The translations under genes and the position numbers were made by a program. Below, in pieces: positions 1 to 9,300 of a DNA stretch of 64,000 nt (within the stretch, counting starts at the first letter, position 1; every line of letters starts with the position of its first letter). The stretch is taken from contig NMRA01000176.1 in assembly GCA_002633005.1 (NCBI GenBank), positions 198,988-262,987 of the forward strand, given 5' to 3'. The notes beneath the pieces were generated by a model. That model was given only the letters and a program-made list of their open reading frames with translations. It searched no databases and had not been told where the DNA came from. Origin of the DNA: Phoronis australis. Taxonomy: Eukaryota > Animalia > Phoronida.

Positions 1-572
1 GATAACGGCTGAGAACATGTAATAATCTATTTATACCACATACTAAACGAGAAACATTGCAATGAATCGATTTACCTTTTCTGACTCCCCACGGCTTTGT
101 AACTACTTTCTATGTCAGAGGCCCGGGGTCGGAGGTCGTGACCTTTTAAGAAAAGCTATTTTTGTCAAATAATGCTTTTACTCAAAACCAATTGAAAACT
201 TAAATATAATAGAAATAAATTGAATTTATAAATTAAGGTTTACCAACTATTATAGCTTAAAACACGTTTTTTTTCACGCTAAGCTTCGACCGGGAAATTA
301 TCGTCTGCTAAAGTAGGTTACCACTGGTAACTGAATATAATTCTCAAGTCAAAGATCCTGACGACACGATACCCGCATTCAAACTGGAGATCGGTTTTTT
401 ACAAGTAAGAGGACATGAGAAAAAAATTCACTGAATTAAGATATCATTTTTATGGAAATTATGTGTCTTATTTTTTGTAGCGTATTAGTACAGTACAATG
501 CGGTTTGTTGAGCATGCGATTATTGCGCGTGCTCATTTAAGTATTCTATTTTCACTCTTGATGACGTCAGTC

Positions 573-641
573 ACTGCATGGTGTAGTGGTAAAGTCGGCC
601 ACCAGCAATTCCAGGGTCCCGGGTTCGACTCCGTCCTCGGT
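573..641 (+). mobile_element. tRNA-derived SINE head or tRNA pseudogene
   Basis: Pol III A-box TGGTGTAGTGG (579-589) and B-box GGTTCGACTCC (622-632) at tRNA spacing. The acceptor stem pairs poorly, so it is not called a functional tRNA. Confidence 0.55.
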
Positions 642-1409
642 TTCCCGCCAAATCGTTATCTCACTAGTGAGATAACTTTATGGGTTATTACACGGTTGTA
701 TCTGCCATTTGACGCTAATATTGTGGTATAAAGTAATGATAAATTATGACTCCTGCGATTTTGCATCTTTGAGTACGCTTGTCAGTTGTGCCGTGTCAAA
801 AGTTAATTACCTAAAGGTACTTTAGCTATCAAAACTTTTTATAATTGTTTCAAGTGAACAATAATGGCATTCACAGATTTTGTGGGATATTGAAGCGGTT
901 ACAGACCTTGTTCTCTCAAACATTAGCATGGATCTTACCTGACAGTTACCGTCAGACAGGGTAACACAGAAATACATAGTACCGTGAGAAAGGGCTTGTA
1001 AAACAATCTGTGAAAAATTCAATGTTAATTCACCATTCTAATGAAAGATCAAACCAACTGCACTGAAGAAAACTCACAATGTCAAATTAATGAAGTCTAG
1101 CACACTAGTCGTAAGATATATACGGTTCCAGGTAAATAGTGAAAAACAAATCAAACAGATTATCCATTTTCCGTATTTTTAAGTGTTTGGAGATGGGGCA
1201 CCTGTATTTATATAGGCACACAGTCGGACAGCGGTCGAAGAGCGGGGTGCCTATATTAAGATAGAAGCCCCGCCGGAAGGAGAACTTAGAGCGGGGCCTG
1301 ATATACAGTGTATGGGCCCTACTCTCCGGCCCTCTTTCGGCGATGCAGCTATATTAATATAGGCGGGCCTACTTTTCTAGCTTATGTCATTTTAATTAGC
1401 ATAAGTCAT

Positions 1410-3787
1410 TTTAAATAATAAGCTGTTGTTCGTACTTATGCGCCCAAAAATTTATTTGTGGCTGAAAATTGCCGTCATCTCTTTCTGGGCGTTCAGCGTC
1501 CTGGCGTCCGTTGTCCGGCGTCCGCAACTGCATCTCCTAAAACTATCACAGGATTTAGATGAGATTTGACAGATGTGTTCCACGGATGACGACGCAGTTC
1601 GGACGGATCGGCAAGTTTAGTTTTTTCGTTTGCCCTTGTGTCCTCAAAGGTCCTCAAGGATTTTCATGAAATTTGACAGCTAGGCATCTACCCGTTTTCG
1701 GATGGATTCGAGATATTTTGCGCCACCTTTTGGCCATTTTTATTGTTTTTAGTCTGTTTTGGCGTGTCCCCTCCACCAACCAAACCATTCTAAGGATGAT
1801 TGTGAAAAGTGGCATATTTATTCGTAGTGTAACGAGGACGGTTGACGATGATTTTCCGATGACGTCGACAACTGTGGCGCCTCTTAGTGACAATTTTTGC
1901 CCCCCCCCACAGGTGCATCTCCTAAACCCAATGTAGCATCTTGATTAAATTTGGCAACCGAGTTTATATGAAGTTGACAACATACGACGACGACTTTCGG
2001 ACCGATCCGACTATCGGTGTATCCTCTAGTGGAGGTTTTAAGTTTTTACGCTCACCTCTGTATCTTCCAACGTCCTCAAAGAATTTTTATGGAGTTCGGC
2101 ATCTATAAATGAGATTTCTGCCGTTTCCTAATGAATTCGGTGTATTTTGTGTCACCTAGTGGCCTTTTTATTGTTTTTGAGTCCGTTTTAAGCGTCCGCC
2201 TCTCTATCAACCAAACCACTCTAAGGGTGATGAGAAAATTGGCATATATGCTCTTAGTGTAAAGAAGACGGTTGATAATGATTTTTCGACGTCTTCAACC
2301 AAGGTGGCGCTTCCTAGTAGCACCTTTTTGCTCCCAAAGACGTACTTCTTAAACCCACTACAGGATTTTTTTAAATTTAGCAAGCATATTTTGATAAAGT
2401 TGACAACGGACGACGAGAACTTTCAGACGGATCCGACGAACTCTGTGCCCCATAGTGGCAATTTCATTTTTAAGTGCCGTCCGGCGTTCACAGCTGTATC
2501 TCCTAAGCCCCTCACAGGATTTTGATGAGATTTAGCAGACCTATTCGACTACTGCAGTGCCCCCTAGTGGCAATTTATATTTCCACCTTTCCCTTTGTAT
2601 CTTTCGATTTTTTGGATGAATTTTTGAGGAAATATGGCAAGTAGGTTTCAGTTTCGGAGGCAATGACAGCTGTTCCTTTTCGGATTTCTCTTGCTGATTC
2701 TGCGCCACCTAGCTTCCATTTTTTTAAATAGTGAAGTGAGGTGTTTGGCGTCAGCCTTTCTAACTGCCAAACCGTTTAAGAAATCGTAATGAAAATTGTG
2801 TGTAACTGACGGCGGTTGATGAATTTCAGCCCACTTCGACCATCGCTGTGCTTCCTAGTGGCAATTTTAGTTTTTACTGTTTCCTCTGCATCTTTGAAAT
2901 TCGTGAATGGATTTTCATGAAATTTATCAAATGCATCTGTATCAAGGTAGCGACAATGACTTTCTATTTTAGGATAGATGTTACAGATTTTGCGCCTCCT
3001 AGAGGGGATTTTTAGAAGTTTCGAGTCCATTGTTGGCTTCCGCCACTCTATCCGCCAAACTTCTTGGAGGATCGTTGTGAAAATTGGCAAATGTCTGTGT
3101 TTCTGATTAAAAGGCGGTGACTGAGATTGACATTAGGACAGGTTCCACTACTAAGGTGCTTTCTAGTGTTTTTTTTTCGTCTAAGGCTGTGTCCTCTTAT
3201 CCTTTGGCAGGATCTTTGTAATATTTTGCGAGCGTATGTTAAATTGCAAAAGTGTAGCAGTAAAATTACGCCCGTAAAGTAAATGGGGGAAATGTCGCCG
3301 TAAATTACGCTCGTAAAATAACTTAAGAACGTTCAAAATTTAAACCAATCAGTGTTGACCTAACATACATGACTGTTGCTGGGCAGCTCGTTCTTGCAAA
3401 ATCGCTGACATTGCAGCAGAGAGTTGATCCGCCATGATTTAGCGCTCGTATCGTAGACATGTAATCCGTCAGTAAATAAGTATTTCCATGCGCACGCGCG
3501 ACCGTGGATTGTAAAACCCAACGTCATCGGCTAAGAGTTTAAACTAAATTACGAGCGTAATTTTACGCCGTAAAGAATTAAATTACGCTCGTAATTTTAC
3601 GGCGTAATTAACGGCGTAATGTACATAATTACACTCGTACTTTGCCGGCGACACTTTCCTCCCAACGGCCCATCATACATTTCAACGTTCTGCGTTGCTC
3701 TTGTTCTATATCGTGGCGCATGTTTTTTTTTGAAAAACTCCATCGCCTTAGCTAAAACCTTCCATTGGCACTGCACGAGAATCTAGT
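1410..3787 (+). mobile_element. Helitron/Helentron-type non-autonomous element (HINE-like) with an internal tandem array of about 140-bp diverged monomers
   Basis: CGTCC-type microsatellite near the 5' end (1489-1523). Recurring monomer motifs 'tctcctaaa..ggattt..atgaaatttggca' and 'gcgcc(a/c)cctagtgg'. Ends in CTAGT (3783-3787). The 5' boundary is approximate, and a MITE interrupts it at 3249-3657. Confidence 0.6.
3249..3657. mobile_element. MITE nested in the HINE-like element
   Basis: Imperfect terminal inverted repeats: AAAGTGTAGCAGTAAAATTACG on the left versus the reverse complement AAAGTGTCGCCGGCAAAGTACG on the right. Multiple subterminal AATTACG/CGTAATT motifs in both orientations. 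Confidence 0.6.
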
Positions 3788-3794
3788 GGTTATC

Positions 3795-6321
3795 ATTACT
3801 CTGAGCGTGTAAGCGCAGAGTACTGTTGTTCCTGGGTTTTCTTCAATTTTATTCTTATTCTTCTTATTACTCTGCGCGTGTAAGCGCAGAGTACTGTTGT
3901 TCCTGGGTTTTCTTCAATTTTATTCTTATTTTTATTACTCTGCGCGTGTAAGCGCAGAGTCCTGTTGTTCCTGGGTTTTCTTCAATTTTATTCTTATTCT
4001 TATTCTTCTTCTTATTCTTCTTCCGACCAACTTTGGGGCTTAATAACTCCAAAATGGGTGCAGGTACGGTCTTTAAATTCGGCATAGTACTTTTGACAGT
4101 ATATAAATTTTGATTGGTTATATAATCATATTCCATATTGCACCGTAAGAGGTCGTTTGGTGCAAAGGTCATATAATTTTCAAAATGCTACTCCTCCTTC
4201 AGTTTTAAAGCTATCTTTTTCAAATTCGGTGCACAGGTATAAGTCAACATGTCAATTTAAAAAATTACTTTTCTAAGTAATCGGGTCATCCAATCAGGTG
4301 AATTAGGTCAAAGGTCATTACGTGCAAACTAAAATTTTGAGCTAGACACTTCAAATTGACAGGTCTGATTGCCACAGGTAAATCAAATCGGAATCCAAAG
4401 TTTCAGGTCATTTAGTGCAAACATGGGGTCATTAGGTGCATTTTTCTTCTGAAAATTTGACCTTTTCAATCAGCAAGTATTCTGATGTGTCAACCGTTAG
4501 ACAACTGTGATTCTCAGCGTTAAACACATTTTCCATGGGCTTTGCAATAATTCTCCTAAAGATGCTTAAAATGCACCGGATAAGGTCAATTAGTGCAAAG
4601 GTCATGTAACGTTCAAAATGTTATATCTCTTACGTTTTTCAAGGAATTCTTTTCAATTTCAGCACACTGGTGTAAGTCAACATGCCAATTGAATACCCTA
4701 CTTTACTTCGCAATAGGCCTAACCAATCAGAAAAAATAGGTCAAAGGTCATTGAGTGCAAACTAAAATTTTGAGCTAGAGACTTCAGAATTACGTATCTG
4801 TTTACTAAGTGCGATTGAGTTTGAATTCTAAATTTTCAGGTCATTTGGTGCACCCATGGGGTCATTAGGTGCATTTTTCTTCTGAAAGTTTGACCACTTC
4901 ATTCATCTTGTATTCTGAAGTGCTTAAAGTAAAACATCTGTGATTATTAGCATTAACCACACTTTTAATCGAGTTAACAATTACTCCCTCATCGGGGCTC
5001 ATAATGCACCGGAAGAGGTCAATTAGTGGAAAGGTCATCAAAAAATTAATATGTAATTTCTCCTACAATTTTAAAGAATTCCTTTTCATATTGGTAAACG
5101 GGTTGCTGTCAGTAACTTCCCATAATAATTCCAGTAATACGCACGCGCAGAGTCCGTTATTGTCACGCCGTGACAATAATCTTTCTAGTTCTTATTCTTA
5201 TTCTTCTTATTCTTCTTCCGACCAACTTTGAGGCTTAATAACTCCAAATTGGGAGCAGGTACGGTCTTTAAATTCAGCATATAACTTTTGACGGAATATA
5301 AATTTTGATTAGTTATATAATCATATTCCATATTGCACCGGAAGAGGTCGTTTAGTGCAAAGGTCATATAATTTTCAAAATGCTACTCCTCCTTCAGTTT
5401 TAAAGCTATCTTTTTCAAATTCGGCGCACAGGTATAAGTCATCATGACAATTTAAAAAATTACTTTTCTAAGTAATCGGGTCATCCAATCAGGTGAAATA
5501 GGTCAAAGGTCATTAGGTGCAAACTAAAATTTTGAGCTAGACACTTCAAATTGACAGGTCTGATTGTCACAGGTAAATCAAATCAGAATCCAAAGTTTCA
5601 GGTCATTTAGTGCAAACATGGGGTCATTAGGTGCATTTTACTTCTGAAAATTTGACCTTTTCAGTCAGCAAGTTTTCTGATGTGTTAACCGTTAGACAAC
5701 TGTGATTCTCAGCGTTAAACACATTTTCCATGGGCTTTGCAATAATTCTCCTAAAGATGCTTAAAATGCACCGGATAAGGTCAATTAGTGCAAAGGTCAT
5801 GTAATGTTCAAAATGTTATATCTCTTCCGTTTTTCAAGGAATTCTTTTCAATTTCAGCACACCGGTATAAGTCAACATAGGCCTAACCAATCAGAAAAAA
5901 ATACGTCAAAGGTCATTGAGTGCAAACTAAAATTTTGAGCTAGAGACTTCAGAATTACATATCTGTTTACTAAGTGCGATTGAGTTTGAATTCTAAATTT
6001 TCAGGTCACTTGGTGCACCCATGGGGTCATAGGGTGCATTTTTCTTCTGAAAGTTAGACCAATTCATTCATCTTGTATTCTGAAGTGCTTAAAGTAAAAC
6101 ATCTTTAAATCAAGTTTACAATTATTCTCTCGTTGGGGTTCATAATGCACCGGAAGAGGTCAATTAGTGGAAAGGTCATCAAAATATTAACACGTAATTT
6201 CTCTTACATTTTTTTAAGAATTTCTTTTCATATTGGTAAACGGGTTGCTGTCAGTAACTTCCCTAAGCAATTTCAGTGATATGCACGCGCAGAGTCACGA
6301 CGTGACAATAATCTTTCTAGT
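3795..6321 (+). mobile_element. Helentron-associated (HINE/DINE-like) element as a head-to-tail dimer with a triplicated 5' module
   Basis: 5' stem-loop ACTCTG(C/A)GC-gtgtaa-GCGCAGAGT at 3798, 3869 and 3937. (TTCTTA)n microsatellite. Internal repeats of about 433 bp (4140, 4573, 5006). 3' subterminal GCGCAGAGT, hairpin TTATTGTCACG-c-CGTGACAATAA (5157-5179) and CTAGT (5185-5189). A second near-identical body spans 5190-6321 and also ends in CTAGT. Confidence 0.8.
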
Positions 6322-6397
6322 TTTCTCTTGCTGTTCTCCTTGTTGTGGGAGTGTATATGAGGAAATATTTTAACAACTTTCTGTCGTTTCAGACTTG

Positions 6398-9300
6398 ATG
6401 TCGATGGTGCTGGCGTTAGTTAGTGATCATACTGCCTCGATCATATGTTCCGCATTGATAAGTGAGTATTGTGTGGTTTTGTTTAAAAATAAATTGAAAT
6501 TTCCAATCTGCACCGTGATTATGTTCGTGATTCGACTTCCTCGAGTGTGACTTGATAGACCTGAAATTTTCATATGCTGTTGCATTTAGTGACACTCAAC
6601 AGTTTTGAATTGTTTTGTGTTTGAATCCACATTGCCTAAATGACACGTTTGAAGAAGTATTTTGAGAAATAAATAAATCTCACTTGAGAAAAATTTCCTA
6701 CCTTCTAGTCACAGAGATAATTTCTAAGAGTTAGTTCTCGACTGTCATGCGCTCAGTGGTTTGGCTAAACTTTTATTCTGTAATAGTGTGAAATGGAAGC
6801 GTAAGACCAAAATTCTGTCTTCAGCCACACGTCACGTCTTATAAAACAGGTCTCTGGACCTATTAAACCAAAAAAGCATACAGTGTAGTTATTTCTTGTC
6901 CGTAGGCCAATTCAGTTTGAGACATATGCTCACCGACTGAGAGAACAGGTCCTTCAGTCTCAATTTCAGGCAAGGTATCGCGTTTTTGCTTGGGAAGGCA
7001 ATTAAGCAAAGGTTTGAAAGTTCGGGGTTTGTTAACCGACGAATATGAAAAATCTGATTGTCCCCCACACCCCACGACCCACGACCCACAACCCCATCGA
7101 TTCAGTATACACAAGCTGGACTCTATCTGAGCATATAACAAACGCTGACGTGCTGGACCAACGAATAGTGCGAGATCGGCTGGCATGTCCCTGTTTTTTG
7201 GAATTACGAGAGTCGATTCATGTGGGGAGTATTTGAGACAACGCATTAAACATATTTTTGTCATTTCAGATAGGTTCGGTAACGAGATCAATGCTTATCG
7301 ATGCCGGGATCTGTTTTTCTTTGCGTACGTTGGATTCGCCCTCTCTCTGGTCGAATATACATGTAATTGTAAGTTTTGTATGGACTCATTGAAAGCTGAG
7401 ATTTTCAACCTGTACCAAGAAAATATTCGTAATTCTGTGCTTCGACTTCCACGAGTATTACTTGATCAACTGTGAGCATTTCGGGAGTGTAATAAAGAAA
7501 TAAATGCCACATGGCCGTATTGCGCTCAAGTTATTCAACGCTTATGGGATCGTAAACAGCCTTAGGTGCCGTTTACACTTCAAAAGTTGACACGGATAAG
7601 CTGACACGGAACGAGTTGTTCCAGTGTGTAAACGGGACTGACATGGAATAAATTGACACCGCGGTGACAAATTTTGCCACCCGTTTGTGAGGTGGAGCAA
7701 TTTGCGCCCGAACATCTTGCTCCGTGTCAATTATATGTCTAAACGCGAAAACTGGGGCAAGACGGAAATGATCATCTCTACTGCGCTTGCCTAATGACCT
7801 ATGTAAGGGTTCTTTGTCTCTGCAACTCTCGTCATTTGTAAACCTGCGCATGTGCGACCCAGTCTCTCCAGCCTGCAATTTCCGTCTTGCCACGGTTAGT
7901 GTGTTGTGTGTGTAAACGTCTGCTTGACACGGGTCAATTTGCTCCGTGTCAGTTGCGCCGGGCCAAAAGTTGATGTCTAAACGGGACTATATTCACCGTT
8001 CACAGAGGTCCTCAAAAATTAATTGAAAACAAACAATTACCTAACGTTGTGATCAATCTGAATAGCTTTTTCTTTATGCCTCTAGGATACAATGTAATTC
8101 ACTTTTCGCTTTTTAAAACTAGAATTTCTTTTTTCCAGGTAATTTCTTCCAGAAATTTGTTAGTTGTGGGAGAACAAAAGACAGTGGAAATGAAGGTATC
8201 GTAAAATAAAATGATTTCAGGTCCTTTACTGAAAGTTTGTGTTTTAGTTAGCTCTTTCTCATTGTTCGATTACCCCGGCCATCGCTGACTTAAATCAGTA
8301 CGGTCAACACGTTTCGGCTTACATGTACGTCAAGCTCTGACTTTAAATAGCTCAGGAAAACGTGTCAACATCAGCCTGTCGTACCATTAACTAGCCTCTC
8401 TGCAATAGAACTCCCCACTTGCAACGCCTCATCCGTGTAAGAACTTGTTGATTCCAGGTCGGGGTCTCCCGGGCACTGAGCCAGTTGCTGATGGTTTGCT
8501 AGCTAGTCAGGGTCGGAACCGAGTTCCTCACGAATCCTCGCGTCAATGGGCTCAAGGGCGAATAAATAGGCATTTATCTGTCGCATATGATCATTCACCA
8601 CCTCTAAATCGCCTCAACCTAATGCTTGTTTACAAGTATTGATGAAATTGACTGAATTGTCGCAAAAAGGAAACAAGTATTCTGGTTTATTAGCCGCCGT
8701 ATTAATCAATTTGAGGATCACTCACGACAGTCGTTTCATAATATACAGCATTACGTTATTGAACATATAAAAGGAAACATCGAATATATCTTTGGTTAAT
8801 CGCATATATATATAAATAAATAAATAAATAATTTTTATGGAATACAAAATGTTAACATCAAATATGCAAAAAGTAAAGTCAAATGTAAGTATAAGAAATC
8901 GAACACATATAATAACATCAAACATAACTTTTTGAACATTGAATTTTGTACACATAAATATAGATTATTACATGGCGAAGTCGTTATCCCCCTTATCTAG
9001 AGCCCAAGTGGATTTTGGAGAATTATCGCCCGAGGGGCTTTAGATATCTTTATGGGTTATTACACGGTTGTATTTGCCATTTGAGCCTAATATTGTGCAT
9101 TGAACTTAATAAGAATATTTGACTTCTAACATTGTAGTTACCAAAGAACCGGCGCCTGTAGTCTCAGGAGTGCCACTTATTGAACGCTTATGGCATAAAA
9201 TGTAAACAGCCATATTCACCGTTCACAGAGCTACTCGGAAATTAATTGAAAACAAATCGGTTAATAAAACAACAAGAATGGATCAATTGAAATTCTAAAT

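Noticed and set aside
573-641. Functional tRNA gene
   Set aside because: A and B boxes are present, but the acceptor and anticodon stems do not pair convincingly. Treated as a SINE head.
1090-1131. ATG exon (MKSSTLVVRYIRFQ|GTAAAT) as the caspase start
   Set aside because: Its phase-0 donor would read ACT TGA (stop) in exon 6393. At most a UTR exon or uORF.
3867-5367. Paired minus-strand ORFs (MTFAPNDLLRC.. / MTFALNDLFRC..) suggesting a duplicated gene
   Set aside because: Both are antisense translations of the duplicated HINE body and its microsatellite.
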